NCBI GenBank assembly: GCA_002633005.1 | Contig: NMRA01000866.1 | Span: 37,120 to 101,119 of the forward strand | DNA from: Phoronis australis | Taxonomy: Eukaryota > Animalia > Phoronida | DNA length: 64,000 bases | Direction: 5' to 3' | Shown here: positions 11,801 to 23,110 of the stretch, piece by piece | Numbering within the stretch: position 1 is the first letter of the stretch | Layout: every line of letters begins with the position of its first letter | Notes under the pieces: generated by a model | The model's database searches: none | Told to the model about the DNA's origin: nothing | Seen by the model: only the letters and a program-made list of their open reading frames with translations | Made by a program: the position numbers and the translations under genes

Positions 11801-14800
11801 TAAGGAGGAATGTTAGCGTAGCGAAACCTAGTTAGTCATTCTCTTTAATTAACAAGGTGAGTTCAGTAAAGATTTTCAATTACTCTTTTACTTCAAAATA
11901 TTCCAGAGCCACATTATTCCACGTCTTTGGTAAGTCTTCGAACAGGAAAAATGCCAGAGCCAATACCGCGAATTTGCCCCGAGAAGCCAACAGAGCGGCG
12001 CGGTGTTCAGGGAGTCCGCCCCCTGATCCAAACATGTCTATTACACAAGGGAATTTACCGTCACCTACAAAAGAAGAATTCCAGGATGGAAAAGTCGTTA
12101 ATAACTGTTAATATGTCAAATGGTGTTAATAGGTCAAATTGTGTTAATAGGTCAAATTGTGTTAATAGGTCAAATTGTGTTAATAGGTCAAATTGTGTTA
12201 ATAGGTCAAATTGTGTCCAGTAGCATTTAAGGCCTGGGCCACCTTCATTGCCAAGAATTGATTAGAATTTCTAAAAAATGATTGAAGTGTTAAGTGTAGA
12301 GCCGTAAAACTATATATTTTTAAAATCCTTGAGGATCAAAGAATCTTCTCAGTGTAGCTGAAATGCAATGACCAGATATTTGTAATCATGTAGTTGCATC
12401 TGGAATTTTGTTTTAAGGTAATTTAGCCAGACTCACCTGATTTTTCCAAACAATGACATCTTGATTTTTGACAGCAGAGTTCTTGGGCTAAAAAGCCATA
12501 AAAGAAAATCCCAGAGACTGTTATGCACTAGCTAATTTGTTAATTTGCTAAGTTTCATCTAAAATAAAACTTTTTTATGGAAACTACAGCTATCCCTAAG
12601 AAAAGTAAAGATTTGTCATCTCAGCGTTGTTTTCGTGTACAATATGAGATTCTGTGATGACCGAAGATTTAAAAATATGCAGTTTTATGGGTGTGCAGTT
12701 AATACTTAAATAGTTGATCTTAAAATTCAACCTGTCAAAATTAAGATAGCCCAAAAGATACTTTTCCGTTGTTTTAACAAGTTAAAAACACAAGCATTGA
12801 CCCCGCCAGGTCGACTGGATAAGGCACCCGATTGGTTCTCCATGACCACCTCCTGCTTATAAACCAATCATATGTCTTAGCTGGATGATCCGGGCAATGA
12901 GTTTTCACCGATCGAAAGTTAGGACTAAAACAAGAATATTGGAAAATAACAACATGGTAAATATTTGAGTTTTTGCTACCAACTTTTTAACTTTGAAAAA
13001 TATGGGTGACATTCAATCACATGCAGTTATTTTAAGGTGCATCATGAGAAATTCACAAGGAAATGTTTATTAATTTAATAAATTCTTTTGTCTTGGAAAC
13101 ATTGATGTAGTGTTGAATGAGCATTAGGTGACCTAACTGGTTTTTGTTAAAAATATTTTATGAAACCTTGAACAAATAAGTGAAGTCGTATCAAAAGGCG
13201 ATCATCAAAGGGCTATCCCTTGAGAAATGTACTTAATATGCAACCAATGGTGACGGAGATTACTTTCTACAACAAAACCATTACCTTTAGGCAAGAACAG
13301 CCGCCCTCGTATATTTCCAGCTCTAACAGGTATTCTGTCAACTGCACTGGGTTTCAGGTACCACCTCTGAATTTGGCACTCAGCTAAACTTTTCAGTGAC
13401 TGAGACTCGTAGTTTGAACACAGCACATCCCAGTCTTGCCAACCATCGTATGTGTTGATGTTTAAATAGAATGGAGTTGTGACGTCTTTTTTAAGCAACC
13501 GTGTGCCAGGTCGCTGATTGGGCTCGAGTCTCAAACTCCATAACAAACCGACGCCGTCAATACCTGCCAATAACAAAACAAGTGATCTTGAGTCACTGTC
13601 CAACATTTCAAAAAATGCCATCCACCTGTCACCCACCAAGTCTATTCAAAACTGTTTTATGGCATTATTCATACATTAGCATAGGCAATGCAAAGCATTT
13701 AAATGCGCCCACAAGTGCTCAATACAGAGTATGCTTCAGGGGGTGTTTATTAGGTTCATGTATACAATTTGACTACTTTAGCCACTATTCATCAACATAT
13801 TTTGATAAAAAGTGACAGCTACAGAATTACAGGCAATAGGGGTACTAGCTAAGAATAATCGAATAGGCTTGAAAAGCACCAGGTGCCAGCACATTTTTGC
13901 CACATGCCTCTCCATCAGTAACTACAATAATCGAATATCCCCAAAAAGCACCAGGTGCCGACACATTTTGCCACATATCTCTTCATCAAGTTTCGGCAAA
14001 ATTGGTTACATGTTTTTTTCAAAAACTGATGAACAAAGAATTAGTTGTCGAAAACTAAAATGGCCAACACGGAATGTCATGGTAATCAAATCCGTCAGAA
14101 AACTGACTGGTTCCCGAACATCCCCGGATCGCCATAAAACACCGAACGTAATTTAACCAAACCTACCAAGCGATTTTTAGAAAATCAATGGATAAGCAAC
14201 GGTAAAAAGATACGGACAATGGGCAGAACACTGACAAGATGCAACCATATTTTTGTAGGTACATCAAAAGAATTGTGCATACTAACAGTCAAAGTTTGGC
14301 TACCGTAACTTTGTTACTTCAAAACGCGTAATTCAAAAACTGCAGTTGAAAGAAAATCTTAAACACCTTTTAGATTTGCAATCAACTTGTTCCTTAGTTA
14401 AATAAGAGATGATTTTAGGTGCTGGAAATATTGCATACTAATTGTGCAGTATTGCTTGGTTTTGCTACTACAGAGTTATTGCAGGCATCCAAACTGGTCT
14501 CAATCAATAACGAAGTGTTAACCATTTCCAAGTCCAGTAACAATACCTCATCTAAGTAATGCGAAAAGTCAGGATCTGACAGCGGTGCGTTCTTTGCAAA
14601 AAGCAAGATCCCTCAAAATCACATAGGTGAGACGAGTTTTCAAGAGTACGCTAAGGTGTTCACTAGCATACCTTAGCAACGGGGCGGCCACTAAAGTGAT
14701 TGGTCTGTGAGGTTGGGATGTTGAATTATGGGATAGAATTCACCGTTTCCGTTCCATTACAGGTGATTTCTCGCCACATATGCAGCGCTACTTTCTTGAG

Positions 14801-17193
14801 CCTACGAAATGCACTCGCATCTCAATCAAATCAAAGTAAAATTCCATGTACTTCGACAGTACCCGAGTTTATAGCCGCATTTTAAAGTTCCCGTCGTCCG
14901 GGCAATAACTTCCATGTTTATAGTAGACACATACCCGTGTATGTTCCTCCTTCGCTGGGTGCCTCTGAAACATCGAGTTCACCAGACGAGTTGGCAATAA
15001 AGTAACCAAAAGAGCTGTATCGTTTCTCACCCTCAACCATAGTAGCGTGTAATGTGAATTTCTGCTTGGGTGACAGTTTGGACACTTTGATTTTTACCTA
15101 TGTGGAATAAATTACATAATATTGAAGACATCAACTTCTCAATTTGCACTTTGTTTTCGACCATGCAGTCTAATTATACACATAGGCGGACATTAGATTC
15201 ATACTCCATTACTTAGATTACGTGTGAGCTTGATTGATGTAAAATGTCACCTAAGTAAGTATCAACAGTCAACCAATAAAAGTATTTTCTTAACTTTGGA
15301 GTCGGGAATTTATTCACCTCATTCCCACACTGTGCCATTCTCGTAACTAACGTGACAATGCGTATTTGGTAAAACGTCCTTTATTTTCCTGCAATAACCA
15401 AAAACTGTGTCTGGGATTTTCCATAACATGAGCCAATTATGTTTAGTGTGAAAGCCAAACTTTAGGGCTCGGCAATTTTCTAAATTATATGAATCTTGAC
15501 CTTTGAACAATGAAAGCTCCAATGAAATTTGAGACGATGGGAGATTGTTCTGTACGAAACTTCAAACACGGTAAAAATAAATGTAATCTTTCTCCAAACA
15601 TCACATTCCAAAGTTTGAAGTCATAAAAGCAATCGCTGAAGAATGCAACTTTGTGTCAACACTCAGGACACTCTCCCTTTTCTCATCGATTTATGTTTGA
15701 AATTACACTAGACGATCATGACAGCTACCGCAATAATCAAGTTTTCTTCTCTTTCATTTAATTTTTCAAAAACAGCGTAAAATTTATCAAAGTGATACAA
15801 AGTCATTGCCTCATTTTGCACTAAAATTTAAAGTGCGTTGTCAAAAGCCCCCTGTAGGTGGAGTTAACACTTGAGGTTGACACATGGTCCACCACATAAC
15901 TTTTGATCGAAGTACTCACAATTATGAAATTGCCATCAAATTGTTCCTTAATGAAACTAGATTTGATTTCTGAGCTTAGAAGGAATTGACAATTCGTTAT
16001 TTGAAGACCAAGCTCTGGAAGATGGCCAGTCACAGCATGTGATTTTTAAATGCGCCATGTCATGGTGTCAAAAAATAATGATTTACCAAGCTCTGAAAGA
16101 TGGCCTTGCAGTCACAGCATGTGATTTTTAAATGCGCCATGTCATGGTCTCAAAAAATAAAGATTGATTATATTTTTGCAAGCTCAGAAATCTCCTGCAG
16201 TGTCATTTGAGTAAGAAACAAGTTGAGTCTAACTTAACAGCATGGTCCAACTTTTTGTGCATGGCCGGGTAAAGTCTTTGTGATGTGTCTCTTCCTCATG
16301 CTAACTTTTTGTCTAGTATCCTGCTTCCATGGAGGCTGGGTGTTAGGCAACTCGTAGGCTCTCAGCTGCAGGTGAGGCAGAGGATGCAACACTCCTCAAC
16401 TTTTTGGTCACCATTAACTTTTTCACCACGTCGCACTGACGTCACGTGACTCAGGCCACAATAAAAGACTGATTAGGTACACCCTGAAGACCTGGTAGAG
16501 TGACCACAATCTTTACTGGCCAGAATTGAGTCACGGTGGTCCCTGTATAGACACCTGAAGGCTGACACTTGCTTCAGTGAACCACGTTCAGTGTCTGACT
16601 AAAGCATAGGTGGATTCAGAAGAGGTTAAGGGGGTCATGACCATCTTTTCCCCTTGATTTTGATGATATCACATCTAGAATTTTTCAAATTGCTGACTTG
16701 GACTCCCTTTTTAAAAAATCCTTGATCTGACCCCAACTTTTTAAAAATCCTGGATCAGCCCCAGTAAATAGTCTCCAGAGTCATGATAATGATAGTGATT
16801 ACAACTCTCTCCGCATAAATTCATGCTTCAGTCGATGATATCTGCTGTATTTTGAAATGAGAAACTTTTTATGAGGGTACGTCATCGCCTACGCAATTAC
16901 ATCGCCCTGGATGCTGCATGCATACAGGGACCCCTTACTGGCCAACCGAGAGGCTACGTGTTGCCTAGTCATTGCCTAGTGTAGACAGCTTACGGCTGGC
17001 TAGATGCGAGACAGCGCTACCGGCGTGGACGTTGGTCATGGATTTGCAGACAACTCACCGGTTTATCAATAAGATCAACTTCAGGATGAACTACAAGCTG
17101 TACATATCTGACACGCTGACCAAATTGTTTCTGGGAACAAACGCATCGACTTAGTAATCGCCAGCAGTATCCTCGCATCCTCAACATGTTCAT
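2891..17193 (-). CDS. Type-I acyl-CoA thioesterase / bile acid-CoA:amino acid N-acyltransferase (ACOT/BAAT) family protein, ~464 aa, 9 coding exons, probably mitochondrial
   Basis: Exons in transcript order: 17059-17193, 14935-15097, 13285-13563, 11892-12064, 10580-10696, 10211-10296, 8071-8161, 3838-4042, 2891-3036. All introns are GT-AG, the phases are compatible, and the total is 1395 nt. Family motifs: [64 protein letters not shown], nucleophile elbow GVSGG, acid SGDD, and [12 protein letters not shown] (Ser-Asp-His triad). Confidence 0.93.
6135..6209 (-). mobile_element. tRNA-derived SINE head
   Basis: The minus strand has an A box-like TGCCACCTAGTGG and a B box GGTTCGAGTCC at tRNA spacing, with no complete cloverleaf. 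Confidence 0.6.
6777..8052 (+). mobile_element. Helentron/HINE-like element, complete copy, in an ACOT intron
   Basis: It has the same 5' end and unit array as 4-1575, then a GGAC-type microsatellite (~7950-8003) and a 3' hairpin ATGCCTCCACATA-ATAAAA-TATGTGGACGCAT (8016-8047) followed by As. This matches the known HINE architecture. Confidence 0.78.
8834..8924. repeat. 40-bp tandem repeat, ~2.3 copies
   Basis: GAGTAATCAGTGTAMTCCATTCGGCCCMTGGTGTCATA is repeated. Confidence 0.85.
10701..11110 (+). mobile_element. Diverged member of the same HINE-like family
   Basis: 5' end AACAAGATCATCGCAAAGCATTAATATGTGCCCAC, motif CCACTAGGGGGCGC at 11015, and unit sequence ATCCATCTGAAAATGG. Confidence 0.55.
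12106..12216. repeat. 18-bp minisatellite (TGTTAATAGGTCAAATTG)x~6
   Basis: The tandem array is directly visible and explains the NRSNCV repeats in the ORF track. Confidence 0.95.
13680..14270 (+). mobile_element. Diverged HINE-like element
   Basis: 5' segment GCAATGCAAAGCATTTAAATGCGCCCAC, an internal duplicated AAAAGCACCAGGTGCC...CACATTTTGCCAC unit, and a 3' hairpin GATGCAACC...GGTACATC followed by As. Confidence 0.5.
16008..16160. repeat. ~78-bp tandem duplication
   Basis: CCAAGCTCTGRAAGATGGCC...CAGCATGTGATTTTTAAATGCGCCATGTCATGGT...AAAAAATAA occurs twice. Confidence 0.85.
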
Positions 17194-18124
17194 GGTTCGG
17201 CAGCGATTGCACTGGCACCAAGGACTGTAGGCCTACTACACTCCTTGCTCGCAGTACTTCTACGTGTTGACTTGACTCGGGTCCTGTCACTTGTCTAGCC
17301 CTATGCTATGGCTATGGCTACTAGTACTAGGCCTCGTTTTTTTCGACAATGGCAGAGCAGCCAAAGTATAGACTATGGTCAAAACACATAATATACCACG
17401 ACAGCTGAAATCTCAAGCCACTTTAAAACACTGGTCTAGTGGTCCGAGCATACACATCTTAAAAGAGAACGCCACCCGATTTAATTAGTCTTTTTTACCG
17501 TTTTAATCGGTCTATATCCTATACGGTCGACCTCCCCTTGCCGAGAGGTGTCGCGTTAACCTCCTGTGAGGAAGGTGAGAAACGACGCAGCGACGTCAGT
17601 GGTTCGTCTGCAGAGTTATGCCGCTATTGGGGTGCATTGTTCCCGCTTATCCGAACTATGAAGCTACGACAGATCTGCCAAGGGGGTATAACAACTTTGC
17701 TGGAGGTTGGTTGAAATTTTGCTTGAGATTGGACAAATTTGCTCGAGATTTGCTTGAGGTTCCTGGCGGTATCTTCACTAACTATCAAACTTTATAAATC
17801 CTAAAATATAAGACTATATATAAAAAACATTTTATTTCATGAAAACGATATTATATCGTCTTTATAATAAAGAACACCCATAATAATGTCAATACAATTG
17901 AGTAGGTCTTCGGCTAGTAATTACAAGACCGACATCACTCAATTTTTATGAACTTTAGTAATTCCAAGTTGCTTTCTTAGCATTGTTTCAACTTATGCGT
18001 TGGTTTGCTTGGTCGGAACTCATGGCAAGGTACTTTAAAGAACTGATTTACTTTACATAAGCGTAGAAAACTAGGTTTTTGAATGTTTACAACTAAAAAA
18101 TTCAGTTTGCGTGAGATAGCTTAA

Positions 18125-19186
18125 AAGGGGACTGTAGTCAAAATAATGTTGCAGTTAATCGGTTCTAACATACAAATAAAACTCACATTTGCCCGACTTG
18201 CGTGCCAAACTAAAGCCAATTCGTATTCATGGTCAAAACACTGAATTCTGAAAGCGATCGCTGATTGGCTGATGTGTCAGTGACGTGAACGGCGGGGTAT
18301 CGGCTGCTGTGCACATTCATTGCTTATGTCATATTTGAAGAGTTTACATCGTAATTTATCATTGTATCAATCGTCCTTATTTTTTNNNNNNNNNNNNNNN
18401 NNNNNNNNNNNNNNNNNNNNNNNNNNNNNNNNNNNNNNNNNNNNNNNNNNNNNNNNNNNNNNNNNNNNNNNNNNNNNNNNNNNNNNNNNNNNNNNNNNNN
18501 NNNNNNNNNNNNNNNNNNNNNNNNNNNNNNNNNNNNNNNNNNNNNNNNNNNNNNNNNNNNNNNNNNNNNNNNNNNNNNNNNNNNNNNNNNNNNNNNNNNN
18601 NNNNNNNNNNNNNNNNNNNNNNNNNNNNNNNNNNNNNNNNNNNNNNNNNNNNNNNNNNNNNNNNNNNNNNNNNNNNNNNNNNNNNNNNNNNNNNNNNNNN
18701 NNNNNNNNNNNNNNNNNNNNNNNNNNNNNNNNNNNNNNNNNNNNNNNNNNNNNNNNNNNNNNNNNNNNNNNNNNNNNNNNNNNNNNNNNNNNNNNNNNNN
18801 NNNNNNNNNNNNNNNNNNNNNNNNNNNNNNNNNNNNNNNNNNNNNNNNNNNNNNNNNNNNNNNNNNNNNNNNNNNNNNNNNNNNNNNNNNNNGTATCACT
18901 TTGTGTTGCCTTGGCTCAAACAGGTATCCCTTGTGACCCGAAATTTCACACTAAAATTTCTTATTCCGACAATATAAAAAACGCTACTTGATTGCACGCT
19001 AACACAGGACAGTGACTTTGCCCCCGCCAAATACGTCACGAGACTAAGCAGCGCTCCAAGCCGGTAATTTTTTGAGCTTCGTTAGAGAACATAAGTTTCA
19101 TTTTTGGTGTTGAATTATTTGTGAAATTAATCAACAATTCATAGAAAACTATCCAGAATTTATTCAGAATAAAATACAGTTCCCTT
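18125..19186 (+). mobile_element. Kolobok-type non-autonomous element (family B), nested, spanning an assembly gap
   Basis: TTAA flanks at 18121-18124 and 19187-19190, TIR AAGGGGACTGTA...TACAGTTCCCTT. It is highly similar to 45424-46919. Confidence 0.8.
18386..18892. other. Assembly gap (N run); further gaps at 32786-32864 and 47411-47614
   Basis: Runs of N in the sequence. Confidence 0.99.
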
Positions 19187-22100
19187 TTAAGGCTCGCGTG
19201 AGTGCGTGAGGCAGTCGTGGCCGGCCAATGCGTGAGACGGCAGGAAGTTTGAGTTGGGAGCCGGGGGGGGGGAGGCCAGGGCACGGGAATAACCAGAATT
19301 TCAACGGATGCGCGCGCCCAGCCTAAAATGTGAGGACGCAAAGGCCTCGAATGTTTGGGTTTGCGGAACTGTTGACTAAAGAAAAAAAAAAACGTAAAAC
19401 GGGGTTTGTTCAGGGCCTATGCGTTTATTTACCCCCGACGAGCCGCTGCTTGCGCGCACCCGAACTCCCAAATGGTACAAATGGTATCTGGTAGAATTTT
19501 AGGGCAGGCCATTGACCCCTTGGCCCCCCTCTAAATCCGCCACTGGACTAGCTCACGCGAGATGCGTGAGACTTGGCAGGTTGGCTACCGACGAAGAAAG
19601 CGGGTATATCATTTTTTCGACTTCCTCGAGAGCCCAAAATGCTTAGGAAGTGGCTCGCGGTAGTGAAGAATGAAAGGTACGCTGTTAATAGTAAGTATGA
19701 GGTCGTCAAACATCTCCGTGTCTGTCTCAGGCCGGCATTTCGTCGACAGTGTCTCTGAAGAATTTCGGCTTACCAAAGAACTAACCATACATGTACGTTC
19801 CGTTGTCTGTGCATGTTGACGGCGCCTCTCTAGTATTTCTTGATCAGTGTATTCCCGTTCGAACTGATAGCCTGTGAAACCTAACGATCCGACCCGTGAA
19901 GTCTTCGTCGGATGAGCTCTTGGCTTGACTACTAAGTCGGGATAGTGACGCCGGGCGAGTTGCCATGTATTCTGCGTTCTGTTTCAAAATGAATTATTCT
20001 CCGAACTAATGCTTATATAAAACTGAAACAAAGCCTGTCTCATTTGATACAATTTGTAATGCCTTTACAGTATTCGTGAGGACAAATGTTGAGAAGCCAG
20101 CAATAAATAACCACTGCGTTTCTTGGCTTTTGATGCCGGCAATGAATAAAGGTAATTCAGTGACCGGGCACCGAGGGCGTGTGAGCGCATGCTAATTCAG
20201 TGTTTGCTGACAGTATGGTCACATGTTAGGGGAATCTTTATTTAGAAATACAAATACATTATTCAAATAATTGTTAATGTACAACCTTTGCCCTGACGGT
20301 CAGTGGAAGGCAGGGGAACCCGACTTCGCGGCCCCCGACAAGTAAGTAGATTTTCAGTTTCGTAGCTAATTCACGTAAATAATTGCGTGCACATTATTTC
20401 TTTGGCTCACTATTATCGGTGTTGTAGTGGAGCGTAGGTGCACGTAAGCGCAACCAACCACCTTTTGGCATTTGAACGTAGCGCCTACGCACCGTAAGTT
20501 ACGTTATGTGCTCAAGGTGATACGGTGGGCTTTCGGCGCCTACTTACCTCTACTTTTACCACTACAGCACTGATATTATAGTCTTTTCGTGACTGGAGGT
20601 TTAGTTTCCATCTCAAGCTGGTTTATGTTCGTGCCAGTCCCGGCGGCTGCCGGGCCTGATTGGGTTCTGAGCCACTGGCCGGGATAACAAGCGTTTTGTG
20701 TGTTTAGAACTCAAAAAATCACAAGTCTAAACAACACAGATCTAGATTCTCTTATCTGTATTTCACGGAAGAATGCTTCGAATTTATCTCCGAACAGACC
20801 CCAAACTCCTGCTACGGACCTTGGTAAATTAGCCTGCCGAACTTTGTAGGCTACGGTGTGTCCAAACACCAATAAATCCGTAACAGCGAAATAAAACAAC
20901 ACGTTTTTATAAGAACTCGGTGTATTTTTAAGGGTTTTACATCGAAGTTTGGTGATTTATTGGTGTTAAACGATAAATTCTACCGATAAGCTGACACCAG
21001 TAACCCGTGTTGTGAACTGCTGAACTGACTGCGTGTGAAACCAATGACGTCATTGGATGAGTTCAACACTGACCTCCGTCTGCCGTTAGGTGTCAGGTAA
21101 CGCAACCGTACGTGCCGTTATCGAGTAGAACTACTCGATCTAAATTGATACAAAATAGGTTGTTTTTTGAGTGGCATTCTCATTTAATACTATGTGATGT
21201 CTATGGGTCTGAGCCAATGAGATAAATATAACAATAGCTCATTGGTCTGAGCCTATCCTGTGACACAGCGCCACCTATACTGGTCCGACCTAATCCACCA
21301 GAGTTCACACAGGCTTGAAGTCAGCAGACGCTGGCGAATACCATTTTATCTAAAGTAAGTTCAGTAACGACTCCAATTTTCTGCACATTGTTTATTTTAG
21401 ATGTTGTCAACTTCTTTACGCATTTACTTCAAATTTCATTGACAACAGCATGTTCATCACAGTTTCCTTTGACTGAAGCCCGGAACGGTTGCAACTCGAC
21501 CGTGTTGCACTGTAAACATGTCATGTNCCCCCCCCCCCCCCTCCCCAGAGCACACTGAAAGCTGTTTTTAAGTTCAAAGTGCGTGCATCCCTCCGGGCAT
21601 ATATAGAGGTAGACAGCCATTGACAAAATAAATTGGTTTGTGAGTTTTAAGGAATGATCGGTTTGTGTCGTTCCCTCAACGGGATTTTAACATTCGTTTC
21701 TGTAATAGTGTCTTGAGCAATAATCAAAAGATTAAACCTTTGAGGTTCTAAACAGTTGTATACATGACGAATAAATATTTTAATAATTCGTTTCCAACAG
21801 ATTTATTTTTCCTTGGCATTTTCAAAACAGACGTGGCGGGAATTTTCCGAACTTTAACGCTCTTTAAACGATTACTCAAATAAAATGTAAGTGAAAAATC
21901 CTGGCACACACGATTGTTTTTCTTAGCCTTAATGACTGATTAACACAAACATTCGCTGAAATTGTTGCAAAAACTAATTCAAATCCTGCAATAAGCACTG
22001 AAAACCCGGCGAACGGAGATTAACACGACAGGAGTCGAATGATCAGGCGGCAGCGTTGTTCGGCTCAGTTACGCGACTTTTCCATTAAATCGACCTTTTT

Positions 22101-23110
22101 CTGCCGTAACTCGAATGAGGCCGTTGCTGAAGAAACCGTGTGTTTTGTGATAACATGTAGGTTACATGATGGGCCTGTTATTTATAGCATTTTAGTTAAA
22201 TACAACCATATATATATACATCACGGCTCCCGGTCACAGATTTTAAATTATAGGCTATAGGATCAAGAAGGAAAATATATTATAAGCTCTGGCTTGCGTG
22301 GCATCGAAGACAACACGGGGCATGTTGATTTAGAAATTTATCCGGGGAATTTGTAGCATAGTTTTGAAACCCGGCAAGAACGTCAGGAATTGAAAAGTTG
22401 TTGCATGAAATGTCAGCGAATATTTGTCGAGTGACATACTAATTTGAAAGAATCCGGCACGTAGTTGTGATTTCGCGCCTTACATGCAGTCCTGCTACGA
22501 GTTAGACGTCATGGACACTTGCCCGTGAATCTCTTCCTTTTGCAGGTTCATAGACGCTATTTCTTGTTTTCATTTTTGTTGGAGTTTTTTTATTCAAGTG
22601 AACGACAACCCTATTCCAAATCAGAGTTTTTGCACACGTTACAAACTGGCAGACCGGGCACCAGCAGGACATTGAAGGGGCTGCATAACTTTTTCATCTC
22701 TAAAAGTTAGCGAGGTTCGGGACTTCGTGCTTACCTGTTATGTGCAGACGAATAGAGTAACGACGATGCAGAATGTTTTGGGAAAACGCTTAAAAGAACA
22801 TATAACACAACATAACATAATATTACAAATCACCATTTTAATCAAAACGAAAAACAAATACACTCACTGAAGAAAACTAAAAAAAAACGTCAAAGTTGTG
22901 AAAACTAAGCGAGAGAATACCAGAAAAATATGTTTTATGACTTCGCCAAACTTTTGAAAGTCTTAACTTCAGGAAACAAAGTGATGAGTAAGCGCTACTA
23001 TCGGCTGCCGGTTTTGAAGGCGTGAACTGGAGGAAAACTCTGTTTAGCATCGAAGATGGGTGAAAGGTAATCGTGATTTGCTTAAACGTTATGTTTGACA
23101 TGCTTTACAG

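Larger units (their letters stand above)
17463..21183 (+). mobile_element. Kolobok-type non-autonomous DNA transposon with THAP remnant (family A), interrupted by a nested ~1.9-kb insertion (~17670-19590)
   Basis: TTAA flanks at 17459-17462 and 21184-21187. Termini are AAGAGAACGCCACCC...GAGTGGCATTCTCAT. It is colinear with the reverse complement of 59733-61423. The split THAP-like frame reads MPLLGCIVPAYPNYEAT|KKAGISFFRLPREPKMLRKWLAVV...LRVC..HF. Confidence 0.8.

Noticed and set aside
11927-12223. ORF with NRSNCV repeats
   Set aside because: It is an antisense shadow of an ACOT exon plus translation of the 18-bp minisatellite.
16549-16596. Hammerhead-like fold AGACAC-CTGAAGG-CTGA..TCAG-TGAAC..GTTCA-GTGTCT
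   Set aside because: The core deviates at essential positions (no CUGANGA, no GAAA). At best it is a dead remnant.
18320-18991. Long ORFs of X residues (also 32629-32910 and 47332-47673)
   Set aside because: These are artefacts of N gaps.
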